A stretch of DNA of 63,974 nt, filler included, from Olpidium bornovanus S191 (GCA_017911155.1; 27 parts of 27 records of this genome joined end to end with filler, not necessarily neighbours in it); one strand, 5' to 3'; shown: positions 34,163 through 46,741, numbered from the whole stretch's first letter. A program made the numbers and translations. Notes: generated by a model not told the origin, from the letters alone.

Positions 34163-35379
34163 ATGGCAGGAGCACTTTCTTTTTACGAGGTGCAGCGCTT
34201 GCGCAAATATCGAGCACGGACGTTCCGTCCCCTTGTCGTCCGAAGAAATACGCCGTTCCTCCACCTTTACCCCGTACCCCGCCCTTCCAATCCCCCCCCT
34301 TCTCCCCTCCCCAAAACGCGTGCAGACCACCGGCGCGAAAATATAAAAAACAACCTGTACAGTCCGGCCCTCTTGGCTAACGGCGCCGTTCCCCAGAGCG
34401 GGTTCGGCGCGCGCCCTATTTTTATTTTTATTTTTTTTTTGTTTCCTTTTTCTTCTTTTTTGCAGAACAAGGCCATGCTCGCGAAGCACCGCCTGGGGCC
34501 TCGCCGCGTTTACCGCGCGGCAGAGCACGTTGTCGGCTCCCGACGAAAACACGCCCCCAGACGCTCAGCCTGGTCAAACGGTGCAGCCGGCGACAAAGAA
34601 GAGGAAGGCTGCCGTCGTCCTGGCCGAGAGTAAAAACGGCGGCGCCGGCGGCGGGGGCGCCGCGGGCCCGGCCGCTCCGTCCCTCCGCAGGTCGCAGCGG
34701 TTAATGGCGCCGCGCGCCGCGGCCGAACCCGTCCGCAGATCGCAACGTCTTATGACGCTGCTCTTCGCGGCGAAACCCGGGTCCCCGAGTGGAGCGGCGA
34801 GGCCGTCGGCGACCGCCGGACGGCCGCAAAGACGCGGCGGGCGAGGGCCGTTTCCACCAAGAATGCAGAAGGCGCGTCTGATATGTCAGACTGCAGGAAA
34901 AAGCGAAAAGTTTTCGGAGAGGTGCTCGGCGTCCCGTTGGGGACTACGTGGATGTCGCGCAGGGAAGTCGCTGCAGCACGCTTTCGCCGGTGAGTGTGAA
35001 ACTTTTGTCCCCCCCCACGGCCCCTTGATAAGGTGATATATCGGCAGGCGTAAGCAAAAAGAAACCCGCTAATTACAGCCACGGTTCTCAGCCCTCTCGC
35101 AGCCGGCATTCACGGCTCTGCGATGATTGGTTGCTACTCCATCGTGCTCAACGGTGGTAAGGAACGGCCGCGACGCGGCCTCCTATTTCTTGCGCCTGCG
35201 TATGTTATACGAGAAATGTGTGACAAAAAACATCCGACTTGGCAAATGCTCCCGCCCACCCGGGATTTCTGCGTGGTGTACTGCAACATATATAGGCTAC
35301 AAAAACGACGTCGACCACGGCGAGGCCTTCACGTTCACTGGATCAGGAGGCCGTAACTGGAAAGACACGAACAACATGG
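34163..35379 (+). CDS. SRA/YDG-domain protein (methyl-cytosine reader family), 3' partial
   Basis: MAGALSFYEVQRL..|NKAMLAK N-terminus, RRSQRL x2, then VFGEVLGVPLGTTWMSRREV|PLAAGIHGSAMIGCYSIVLNG|GYKNDVDHGEAFTFTGSGGR. One or two frameshifts in the N-terminal part. Confidence 0.88.
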
Positions 35380-35479
35380 NNNNNNNNNNNNNNNNNNNNN
35401 NNNNNNNNNNNNNNNNNNNNNNNTTAATTAATTAANNNNNNNNNNNNNNNNNNNNNNNNNNNNNNNNNNNNNNNNNNNN

Positions 35480-36738
35480 CATGACCTCTGCGTGCACGTA
35501 GGCTCTTTGTGATGGCAAAAAAAAAACCGACAACGGATTTCCGCGTCTGTCGCTCCTTCTGGACTGCTTAACAAAGAAGGCCATCTCTTCGTCGTCCGCA
35601 GACGTGGTCGCATAGCCCACTCACCACGCTGACGAACGACCAGATTATTTCCGAAATAAAATGGACGGAAAAAGCCATCATAGCGGCGACGGGAGTCAAG
35701 CCGACGTATTTCAGGGTGGGCCAAAAAAATAAATTTAAAAAAAAAATATCCAAGGCGGGGTGGGCCAAAAAATAAACTTAAAAAAAAAATATCCAAGGCG
35801 CGCCGCCAAATTCCCGTCGGCGGCATTTTTACCGCGCAGACATGTTTACGGTTCCCACTAACCGCGCCGCGGCTTCCCCGCCAAAGCCGCCATACGGAGA
35901 CATTGACAACCGGGTCAGGGCTGTTCTTGCCAAGATGGTACGGAGTTTTCTCCCGCCGCGATGTCTGTCGTCGTTAACGAACGGGGGTTTGCGGGCTTCG
36001 CTTTCTGCTTCGCTGAGAGATTCGTGGCCGGCCAACGACACAGGGCTACAAGGTGCTCCTTTGGTTCTTCGACAATAGCGACTATCTTTCGTTCGGGACT
36101 TCAGCGACAATTACCGCGGCGGCAGTCAGCAAAAACATGAAGGACGGCGTCGCGAACGCGAAAAATTTTCCGCAGGGCTTGATAGCGCTAAGTGAGTAAC
36201 CCCTCGCAGAGGCGAAATTCCCCGCTTCCCCCCTTCTTTTCCCCGTTCACCCCCCCGTCCCGCCACCCCTCTCGCCGCCCCATAATTTTGGCCGAAAAGC
36301 ATTGCCGAGTTTGTTCTCCCGGCCGGCCGGCGCAAAGGAGGAAAAAAAACAAATTGACACGCGGCCCTCTCACGCCCGCATAATTTCGTCCCCACTTTCT
36401 CCCTCGCAGGCCACCCCGAACGAGGAGGGGACTCGGGCGTCACGCTCGCCGAGGAATTCTTCAGCCTCGCAAAGGCTGCGAGCATCTCCCTGGTTCCCGT
36501 GTCCGACTGCCTTGGCGACGCTTCCTCGACGACGTCGCCCAACGCGAGCACAACGACCTTGCCGCCTACTTCGTCGTCCACGACGAAAATCTCGTCGTCG
36601 ACTCCCACGATCGGCACTACATCGGCCGCCGCCGGTCCTCCCGTCGGCAGCTACCTCACGGTCCTTCTCGCCTTTGCGGTGCTCGCAGTGGCCCTTCGGA
36701 CTGTGTGGCAAGGGAACTACGCAGAGAAGCTGGATTAG
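35480..36738 (+). CDS. Chitin deacetylase (CE4/NodB) with Ser/Thr-rich linker and hydrophobic C-terminus (5' partial)
   Basis: Spliced: HDLCVH|TWSHSPLTTLTNDQIISEIKWTEKAI..GVKPTYFR|PPYGDIDNRVRAVLAKM|GYKVLLW..DNSDY..GLIAL|SH..VPVSDCLGD (CE4 motifs 2-5), then an S/T tract and LTVLLAFAVLAVAL. Confidence 0.92.
35715..35800. repeat. ~44-bp tandem duplication at the start of a CDA intron, including the donor site
   Basis: GTGGGCCAAAAA..TAAA(T/C)TTAAAAAAAAAATATCCAAGGCG x2. Confidence 0.85.
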
Positions 36739-37819
36739 GCTGATCCGCTCAAAAAGGAAGAATGTTGTGTTGCCTGGTTGTTGCAGGACAGCCGTGGCAC
36801 ATTCATCCATTCTCATATTTTTCTACCCACACGTGTAGAGAAAGAGATTGATTAAGCGGGGGGAATGTGCAAAACCCGTGCCGGACGTCCATTGCAGATC
36901 TATGCCGGCGTCAGCAATATTTTGCGGAACTAAAGCTCTTAACATGGTTAGACGGGCAGCCACAGGCTGACTACGGGGTGCTGTAAGCTTTGGTCCTGGA
37001 GCTTTTCCCACCTCCGTGTTGCCTTCGTGCCGCGTTTCGAAGACCATTACAGATCCTCCCAAGAAAGCCAACTTTCCCTCGGTACGTCCCTCTAACCCAA
37101 GAAGTGCGCCAATTGCTTGTTTCCGTGAGCATCGCGGTCGCAAGGTGTCGGGCCTAGCTCCTACTGCAGGGCTCTAAAGACTCCTTTGAAAGCATCTTCG
37201 AAGCGGGTCGTATTTCGCCGAGGGGTTTCTTTATTGTTGTGGGCGGCTCCTCGATCTAGTTTGTTGCTGTGGGACAGATTATTTTAAGGGCGGCGACCCC
37301 CAAACCGGTCATCATTAAGTCGTCCGCGTAGAGTATGATGATGACAGCGTCCTTTTCTCCGGCGGGGAGGCGGTATAAAATATATCTTATAATAATATGG
37401 TTAGTTATTATTTATACTATACCATATTTATTTCTATCTCGCCGCATCCTCATCCCGCCACCCGGCTTCTTCAAAATGTTCCACCCGGAAAAACACCATC
37501 CCTGCAGAGCGCTGTCCCGCGCCTTTCCTGTCCGGCGGAACATTTGGTGGAAAGTTACCGTCGTTGTGTCTGAGACACTGTGAGAAAACTTTTCCCCAAA
37601 CTTTAAATTGTCAAAAAACCCGGGTGAAAACAACCGGACTGAAAGATGAGAATTTTGGGCTTCGTTCGATCCAGGCTACTTTGGCCGCCACGGGGTATTT
37701 TTCCCGAGAAAANNNNNNNNNNNNNNNNNNNNNNNNNNNNNNNNNNNNNNNNNNNNTTAATTAATTAANNNNNNNNNNNNNNNNNNNNNNNNNNNNNNNN
37801 NNNNNNNNNNNNAAAAAAA

Positions 37820-38990
37820 ATAGCGGCCGGAAAAATGCCGCCAGATCCTCATACGCTTCGACTCAAAACAAGCGGCACGCGTCAAGTACGCCTCAAAATA
37901 TTGCGGGTCATGTTTGAGGGCGCGGTTTATGTCTTGGAACGCCTTGGCGTTTTTCATGTGAAGCCTGCAAACCCCCCGATGGTACCACGCCTCTTAAAAA
38001 GGACGATGGAGATACCTCAGCAAAAAAAAAAAACGGCGAACCACGAAAGCGCCCGCTTAAACGAGAAAAAAACAGCGACACAAACCTTTGCAAACCGCGG
38101 GTGTAGGTCGAGGCATTTGCTGAACTCGGTTTGGGCAGCGGCGTAATCTTTCAAGTTCATGTAGCACAGTCCGCGCTGCAGGTAAACCTGATGGTTGTCC
38201 GGGCTGATGCGCAAGGCGTGATCCAGATCAACCAGGCCGCCTACGGCAAGGTATGAGTGCGCATGAAGGTACTTGGACGGAAAAAAAAAAAAAAAAAAAA
38301 AAAAAAAGAAACGGGGCGCTTGCCGACGAAACCCGCGCACGCGGGGCGTCCGAAAAAAAAAACCGCTGACCCTGGTTATCCGAGCACTTCATCTTCGCCT
38401 TCGCTATCAAGACGTAGAGCGAGGCGTCCGTGATAAACTGCCGTTTGCTCAGCTCTGTGAACTCGTCGATTACCTGCGCATATTTTCTCTGGAACGACAG
38501 AACCAACGCTCTCTGCGCGCACATGACGGGGAGGGGGGCGGAGAGGGGGGAGGGCTCGCTCAGTTGCTCGGGAAATGATCCGCGCTTTTTTCTTTTTTGT
38601 TCGCCGTTTTGGCCGCCGATGGTCGAGTTGACCAAACCTGGAAGAACGTCTGCGCGATTGCCGCATTAAGTTCAAAAGCAGCATGGAAATCCAACAGGGC
38701 TTGCCGCATGCGGCTGACGGTTTTGTCAAGAAGCTCCGCATCAGATTTGCGACGGGCCCAGCACGCGGCCTCCGGCGCGGGCGTGAGGGGGAAAGATCCC
38801 GTTTTCCAAACCTCTGTTTCAACAGGAGCCGTCCTCGGTACAAGTAGAACAGATAGCTGTTCGGGGAGAGGTGGATGGCCTTCGTGTAGTCGCGGATCGC
38901 CCTGTCGATGAACGACTTGTTGTCTCCGGGCCGCCGGGACTTGGCGCTCTTCCGTTCCGCGTAGATGGAAGGCGTCGCGTACGACATTTT
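37820..38990 (-). CDS. Multi-TPR protein, TTC6-like, internal fragment
   Basis: AIRDYTKAIHLSPNSYLFYLYRGRLLLKQ; ALLDFHAAFELN; LDHALRISPDNHQVYLQRGLCYMNLKDYAAAQTEFSKCLDLHP; AFQDINRALKHDPQYFEAYLTRA. TPR assignment is solid; TTC6 is by recall only. Confidence 0.8.
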
Positions 38991-39447
38991 CCCGCGTGCT
39001 CGGAATGTGGTGGTGGGGGGGGGGNNNNNNNNNNNNNNNNNNNNNNNNNNNNNNNNNNNNNNNNNNNNTTAATTAATTAANNNNNNNNNNNNNNNNNNNN
39101 NNNNNNNNNNNNNNNNNNNNNNNNCATGAAACGACCGCCTGATAAAAACCTCCGCGAGGAAACGCTCGCCGGTTGTGCAGTGTGAATCGCAACACTAGGG
39201 TCAAGACCTTGCATACCAACCCAATTTGTCGTATAAAGGCAAAGCAAATGACAGGTGAATGATCGGATCACACACCTGCTGCCTGGGCCCCGTCCACGGT
39301 TTATTGTCCACGTGGCAGTTGTTATAGCCACGCAGCGAACGGAGGGACAGCGAAACGCTTCGTCGGAAACGTGCGCCCGCCCGGCCCACCCCCTTCATTT
39401 ACCGCCCGGGGAAAAAGCGGAGGCGCAAAAGCGACATAGAGAGAGAA

Positions 39448-40398
39448 ATGCCTGGAGAAGGGTAAGGAGGAAGCACGCCCCGCGCGTTTTGAAACCAGGA
39501 AGGGAGGGCGCTCCTCAAAATCCTGGCCTCTGGAAAACTGCCTTCTCAGCTCGTGTCGACGTGTCTGGCTCCCCTCCCGCCCCTTCATGCCCGGCGCATA
39601 CTCTTACGCGGCCCTCTTCCTCGAACCCAACACGACGCAGGCGCGCGGGCAGCACCGCGTCAAGCGACGTGATCTCCATTCTGGTCGCCACAGACAACGT
39701 GAGGAGAAACCAAGGGGAGCGAGGCAGTCCGGCGCAACAACTCGCCTTTTTCCGCGTCTGCGCCGCTCCGTTTTCACGTTATAAGAGCATGTTCGCACCT
39801 TCCACGACCGACACCAATTTTTCCGCGTGGCGGCTTCGCTTCCAACCCAAAAAACCAGCACCTCGGGTATCTCGAAAAGGATCCGATTAGAGGCAACGAT
39901 TCGTTCGTGACGTTTGACGAAATCCTTAAAATTGCGGTGGACCGGAACGTGCGTACACTTCTCAGTTGTGGATAGTAATTCCAAACCTTGCGTGCCGCGA
40001 ACTCGGTTGAAGGACTGGCGCCGCTGACCGCCGACAGCGTGGCGCGACTGCTGCCAAAACTATATAACAAAAAACAAAGGTCGACATGGTCTTGCTTGGT
40101 GGCGATCTCTTCCATGACAATCGTCCGTCCCACAACGCCATGGTTCGGTGCATGGAGTCACTCCGCACTTACTGCTGGGGTAGCAGACCATGCGCCTTAG
40201 AGCTTCTCAGCGATCCCGCTGAGACATTTGTAACTAAGTGAGGAGCTTTATCGGCCTGCCGTCTGGTAGGGAGGGCTTACGTATATACGATGTCGACTCA
40301 TTTGCCCGTTGGCTGTCGGTTTAGATTTTCAGATGTCAATTACATGGATCCCAACATAAACGTTAACATTCCCGTCTTCTCCATCCACGGAAACCATG
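39448..40398 (+). CDS. MRE11: Mre11 DNA repair nuclease, N-terminal part (3' partial)
   Basis: ISILVATDN|[23 protein letters not shown]..|[17 protein letters not shown]..|[21 protein letters not shown] (phosphoesterase motifs I-III). Confidence 0.97.
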
Positions 40399-40546
40399 NN
40401 NNNNNNNNNNNNNNNNNNNNNNNNNNNNNNNNNNNNNNNNNNTTAATTAATTAANNNNNNNNNNNNNNNNNNNNNNNNNNNNNNNNNNNNNNNNNNNNAT
40501 GCGCTGAACAAGATAAATAAGGAGCGTAACTAACTAACTAACTTAA

Positions 40547-41585
40547 CTACCATCCGAGCGACTTGCCCTTCGAGGCTGATATCCGGGGCGCCAGCTGCGG
40601 GACCGCCGCGCTGCCCATGATGGCGAACCCCGTTTTGGCGTTGGGCGAGCTCGGCGAGGCGGGGGGGTCGCCTTTTCTTCCGCCGCCGAAGAGCTTGCTT
40701 CCGGCGGTGATTATGGCCCGCTTCACGCGCGGGCTCTTGGTACGGGCAGACCCGGCGGACGAGTAGCACGGCAGCGGCAGCGGGACCTGGTCCGTGTCCG
40801 CCTGCGGCGAAGCCGTCGAGTCGGCAAACGACGGCGCCGGCCGGACGCCCGCCGCGGCCGCCGCGGCGGGGGGCGGGCCGCGCTGCGCGACGCGGGGATC
40901 CGGAGGCGCGGAGATTGTCGGGACCCGGGGGCCGGCGGGGATCTGCTGGCCCGCGTCGACCTGCGGGGCATTCGCCGCAGGAGCGTTCGCCGGAACGGGC
41001 TTCCGGGCCTGCTTGTTCGTCTTGGCGCCGCCGCGGCCTCTCCTGCCGAAACCGGCCAGGTGCGACACGCAGTTGTAAAGGGTCAGCCGGCCCTCCCACT
41101 CGTAGTCCCCGTCCGGCTTGTTCACCCGAGAGATCACGAAGCGGGATATTCCCGAGTTCTTCGGGAACCCCGTTGGCGGCGGCCCGTACACGGCGAACCC
41201 GAGCTCCCCCACGATGTGGCCCAGTAGCTCCTGGATCGCCCCGCCGTGAGTCACGACCAGAACGTGGGTGATCTTCACCGGAAGATTGTGGTTTTGCAGA
41301 GGCTGTTGCTGCTGCTGCTGCTGCTGCGGTTGCTCTTTCTCCGCTGCCGCGCCTGCCCCCTCGGCGTTCCCCCGCGCGCCGGCCGGGGTTTGCGGTTCTC
41401 GCCTCGGGGTCTTCACGTTTCCGGCGGCTGCGCTCGGAAAGCCGGGGCTGGTAAGCCGTTGGGGCGTGCCGAGCCCGGCAAGCTCCAGGTGCTTGGCCAG
41501 AAGATCTCCGGCGTTGGTAAGCAGCGATTCCCTCCTCCCCGCCGTCCGCGGGGGTTCCGAGCCGACGGGCGTGGCCAACGGCATG
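40547..41585 (-). CDS. Histidine phosphatase (phosphoglycerate-mutase/TIGAR-like), C-terminal part
   Basis: HVLVVTHGGAIQELL..PKNSGISRF..LTLYNCVSHL, flanked by polyQ and Ala/Pro-rich disordered regions. Confidence 0.75.
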
Positions 41586-42049
41586 NNNNNNNNNNNNNNN
41601 NNNNNNNNNNNNNNNNNNNNNNNNNNNNNTTAATTAATTAANNNNNNNNNNNNNNNNNNNNNNNNNNNNNNNNNNNNNNNNNNNNCATGGCTTTGTACTT
41701 CCCTGGTGCCGCAGGAAACGCCGCGGCACGTCACTTTGGTTTGTAGATTCGGATCATATATTCGTTCGGCAGGAGACGTCGCGCTGGCAAAATAAAACAA
41801 CGAGAAAAGACGCTCCCACTCCTTACGCGGCTTAAACGCAGGGGGAGGGGGCGGAGGGGGCCAACCATACACTCTGTTATGTTAGGTTGGCCAAGACTCG
41901 GGGATCGCAGTATCTTTTTTTCCTTCAGGAACTGGTTCTGCTCATCCAGTTTCTGGTCAAACTGCCCCCGCAACGCGTCGTAGGTCTGCTGCTGCTCTGC
42001 AATGGCCTCCTTCAGTCGGACGAGTCCTTCCTTTTTTCGGAGGTTTCGT

Positions 42050-42600
42050 CCAGAAAAAAAATATAAAATATAAAATGAATAAATATAAAAATTTGAAAAA
42101 ATAAAAAAAAATAAAAAAATAAAAAAAAAATAAAAAAATAAAAAAAAAATAAAAAAATAAAAAAAAAAATAAAAAAATAAAAAAAAAATAAAAAAATAAA
42201 AAAAATAAAAGAAAAATAAAAAAAAAAATTGAAAAATAAAAAAATAAAAAAATAAAAAAACCGTAAAAGAAAAGAACAGATGGAAAATAAAAATAAATAA
42301 AAAAATAAAAAAATCACATTACAGAGGAATATAAAAGTAAAAAATAAAAAAACAAAAATAAAAAACCAAACAACATAATTTAAAAAAATAATAAGATAAA
42401 AAAATAAAAAATTATAAATGAAAAGATTTAATAAAAAAATGAAAAATGAAAAATTAAAATTAGAAAATTATAAAAGTATTAAAAGTAAAAATCCAACAGA
42501 ATCATTTAAAAAGTGAAACCCGCAAGAAAAAAACAAAAAAATAATAAATACAAAAACAAAAATAAACAAACGGAACAAAAAATAATAATAATAATAACGT
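42050..42600. repeat. A-rich low-complexity tract (AAAAAAT-like units)
   Basis: About 550 bp dominated by A in an otherwise GC-rich contig. Confidence 0.9.
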
Positions 42601-42612
42601 CAAAGTATCACA

Positions 42613-43976
42613 TGTCACACATAGATTAGCTCCCGGACGCCACTCCTCCCTTCCAACACCACACGGCGGAAATACACAACAACACACAAAACAACGGGTT
42701 ATGAGCCCAAGGCTCCGCTGACCGCGCAGCCATCTCCGCCGCCGCCACCGCCGCGCTCGCCCGCCGCGCTCCCGCCGCGCTCGCCCGCCGCGCTCCCGCC
42801 GCGCTCCCGCCGCGCTCCTCCGCCGCGCTCCCCCGCCGCGCTCCCCCGCCGCGATCCCCGCCGCGCTCCGCCTCGGCCGCTGTCGCCGCCATCTCCGCGC
42901 GTCGGCTCCGCGCTTCGCCGTCGCCGCCATTTTCGCGCTCCGCTGCCTCCGCCGCGCAGCCGCCGCGCTCCGCCACCTTCGTTTTCGCCGCGCAGCCGCC
43001 GCGCTCCGATGCCTTCGCCGTCACCGCACCTCCTCCGCCGTCGACGCTCCGCTTCTGCTGTCGCCGCCGTGCCCCGCGCTTCGACGCCGCAGCCGTCACA
43101 GCCGCCGCGCAGCCGCCGCGCCGCCGCCGCGCAGCCGACGCGCCGCCGCCGCGCTCCGCCGCCGCCATCACCGCTTCGCCGTCGCCGCACCGTGCTTCGC
43201 CGTCGCCGCACCACCTCCGCCGTCCCCGCCGTGCAACCACCACAGGACAACCATGGCCACTAGCGACGTCCTCAGTCGTCTCCGACGACTTGGGGTCAAC
43301 ACCCAACACAACACACCCAACATGCAGGAAGACTCTACTGCGAGACATGAAATCGCACAGCGGGCTACCCAGTCATACGATAAGGAACAACAACCAGGAC
43401 ATGGTTCTGACTCTGCTGGGTCGGTTGCGTCTGGTGGTCACCGAAAGTCCCGCGTCGACAAAAGAGCCGTCACGCACAGGGTACAAGGGACTACTGGCGC
43501 AACCAACCAATGCCAACTGGTGAGTTCCACCTATGAAGCCCCAAGCGATAAAAATGTCAGTCTCCAACAAACAAGACAATTGAAGGGAGTAAATACTAAT
43601 ACACGCTCCACACGCACCCTGAGTGATGACGACCAAGGCCATTCACATCGCCATCGAGACCGCCATCGAGACCACCATCGCGCTTCACAGTCGAAAGACC
43701 ACTGTCGTCGACACCGCTACTCCTCCAACTATGAGTCCTCTTCTGATTCCTCTGACACGGACACTGAATCTGACGACGATTACCACAGACGTCATCGACA
43801 CCGACGTCACACGACGTAACACGAGACGTCATCATTCTGCATTCGATACGTCAACGAATCTGCGGATAAAATCTTGCTCAAAGGGTACCAATCTGACATC
43901 CTAAAGTATGACGGGCAAGGAGGCGACACGAAACTGGCAATCTTCATCCAACGCATTGAAGTATACCAACAACTCG
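42613..43976 (+). mobile_element. LTR retrotransposon 5' part with half-tRNA-iMet PBS and gag-like ORF
   Basis: ...AACAAC then GGGTTATGAGCCCA (42696-42709), the copia/Ty5-type PBS; CCG-rich leader; ORF from 43253 with an H/R/S/D-rich tract; after a stop/frameshift, ILKYDGQGGDTKLAIFIQRIEVY (gag-like). The LTR start (TG at 42613) is tentative. Confidence 0.7.
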
Positions 43977-44095
43977 NNNNNNNNNNNNNNNNNNNNNNNN
44001 NNNNNNNNNNNNNNNNNNNNTTAATTAATTAANNNNNNNNNNNNNNNNNNNNNNNNNNNNNNNNNNNNNNNNNNNNAAACTAAAAAAAAAAAAAA

Positions 44096-44138
<43 letters not shown>

Positions 44139-44620
44139 AAAAAAAAAAAAAAAAAAAAAAGGAAAGGGTGAATTCAAGGCGCAGGAAAAAAAAAGGCCCC
44201 CCCCCCCCCCCGACAAATCCCCGCTATGGTCCGTCCACGCACCCTCCCACCCCTTTCCCCGTGTCGGAAACACCCGTGGCGGAGGCTGCCTGCGCGGCTG
44301 AGCGGCCGAGCGAGAGTGAGTGCACGCAGCAGCACGCGCGCGCACGTTCGCTCACTCCCTCGTTGGCTCGCTCTCTCGTTCAGCGTCACGGAATTTCCAC
44401 GCGAAAACAGGCTCCGCAAGGGAAGGTCGAGCACTTGCGCCGGAAGGGGGTGACACATCGGACGGCCTTCGGCTGGGGGCAAAAGGAAAGAGAGAGAAAG
44501 AAAGGAAGGAAGCGCCGTTTGGCGCCTCGCCCCGAGAAGAAGCAGAAGAAGAAGAAGAAGACGCAGCGGTGGCACCAGCCTGCAGTTTGACCCCTGGACG
44601 GGCGGGGAGAGCACGCAGGC

Positions 44621-46263
44621 ATGGGCAAGGACTACTACGCGATCCTCGGCGTGGCGAGGGACGCCGACGAGGAGGCCGTAAAGAAGGCCTACAGGAAGAT
44701 GGCCCTCAAGTGGCATCCTGACCGGAACAAGGACAAGGAGGAAGCCGCGAAAAAGAAGTTCCAAGAAGTGTCCGAGGCCTTCGAGGTGCTTTCCGATTCC
44801 AACAAGAAGGCGATTTACGACCAGTGAGACCATATGCCTTTCCACTCTCTCTTTCTCTCTCCCTCAGCCTCTCTCTCTCTTCCCCCATCCCACCTTCCCC
44901 CTTGCGTCATTTATTGTGTACATTAAACTCCCGTTTCTTATCCTCCGCGACGGCCACTCACGTTTTTCGCTCCGAACTTTAATCCCCTTTAGGTATGGCG
45001 AAGAAGGGTTAAAAGGCGTCCCCCAAGGCGGCCCGGGGGGAGGCGGGATGCCCGGTGCGGGGTTTGGCGGATTCCCCGGCGGGGCGACCTTCACTTTCAG
45101 TTCCACAGGGCCCGGCGGCGACTTCGGCGGTTTCCACCCCTCGCGTCCGGAAGACATCTTCGCACAGTTCTTTTCCGGGTTCGGCGGCATGGGCGGAATG
45201 CCGGGGGGAATGGGCTCCGGAATGGCCGGCGACGACGACGGCGGGATCGGCGGCTTCCCCGGGTTCGCCTCCTTCGGCCGGGGGCCCGGGGGCGGCGGCG
45301 CTCGCGGCGGGGTCCCGCACTCGGCTCCTGCGGCGGTCAGAAAGAGCTTGCCGCTCACTCTCGAGGACCTGTACACGGGGACCACCAAAAAGCTTAAGGT
45401 CACCAGGAGGCTCCGCGGCGGCGCGGGCCAAAGCGTCCAGGCGGAAAAAATTCTCAGCGTGAACATCAAGCCGGGCTACAAGGTTTTATATTTCGCTTTT
45501 TCCGCAGTGGTTCCTCTCCGTCCCTCCCCTAGTCGTGGGTGTGGTGAAGTGGGTGATTGAGATGGGATGGCGGCGGTGTGGTGGACTGAGAGGGACGGTG
45601 GTGGAGCGTCGGACTGAGATGGGTGGTAGTCGATTAACATCCGGAGAGGGACGGTCGTGGTGTGGTGGGCTGAGATGGGTGGTGATGGAGCGACGCGAAC
45701 TGATATGGATGGTGGCGCGCTCGCTCCCGCTCTTGACCGCTTGGTTTTTGATTCCCTTCATTTTCCTTCCTCCTTTTCACCCCCCCCTTCTCAATCTTCT
45801 TAAAACAACGTACTGACGCTTTGCCTAACCCCCCCCCCCTTCACTCCCGTCCTTCTTCCCCGGAATCCCTTCGGTCCAGGCCGGCACGAAAATTCGCTTT
45901 GAGAGAGAGGGTGACGAGCTGCCCGACGGCACGTCGCAGGACATTGAGTTTGTCGTCGAAGAAAAACCGCACCCTGTCTTCAAGCGAGAGGGCAACAACT
46001 TGCTGCACACGGTCGACATCACGCTGGGCGAGGCGTTGACCGGTTTCACCCGGACGCTCAAAACCCTGGACGGCCGCGAGCTCCGGATCTCCAACTCCGC
46101 CTCCGTCGTGCAGCCGGGCCAGGAGTCGAAAATGCCGGGCGAGGGCATGCCGATCTCAAAGCACCCGGGCACCAAGGGCGACCTCATCATCAAATACAAC
46201 GTCAGATTCCCCGCCAGCCTCTCGCCGGCGCAGAAGGAAAAGATCCGGGGGGTCATCCCATGA
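44621..46263 (+). CDS. SIS1: Class II Hsp40 (Sis1/DNAJB), complete
   Basis: J domain [19 protein letters not shown]; G/F-rich region; [17 protein letters not shown]-like segment; GEGMP..GDL. Introns 44824-44992 and 45483-45879; TGA 46261-46263. Confidence 0.97.
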
Positions 46264-46741
46264 ACTTCGGCGGGGAAGCGTTTATCTCATCCCCTCCCCG
46301 CCCCCCTCCTTCTTTTTTTTCTTCTCTCTCTCGAGGATCGAAACCGGACCCCCCCCCAAAGGTTCCCCCTTCGGCTCGCGCGGACGGGAAAATTCGGCTT
46401 CGCCCCCCCCCCCCCCCTCTCCCTCCTTTCTCCCCCTCCCCCCTCCCTTCTTTCATTTTCCCAACCGTGGCATCTCTTCTCTACTTTTTCTCCCCTTCGT
46501 ACGACCACCATCATTGCATTCATGCTGCTTTGTTTACTATCCCCCTGCCCTCGCGTTTGCTTCCCCTTTGTAAAACAGTCACGTACAAATCTTCAACTTT
46601 TCCCTCTAACCAACCCCGCCCCCTCCGTGTTTACGCCCAGTNNNNNNNNNNNNNNNNNNNNNNNNNNNNNNNNNNNNNNNNNNNNTTAATTAATTAANNN
46701 NNNNNNNNNNNNNNNNNNNNNNNNNNNNNNNNNNNNNNNNN

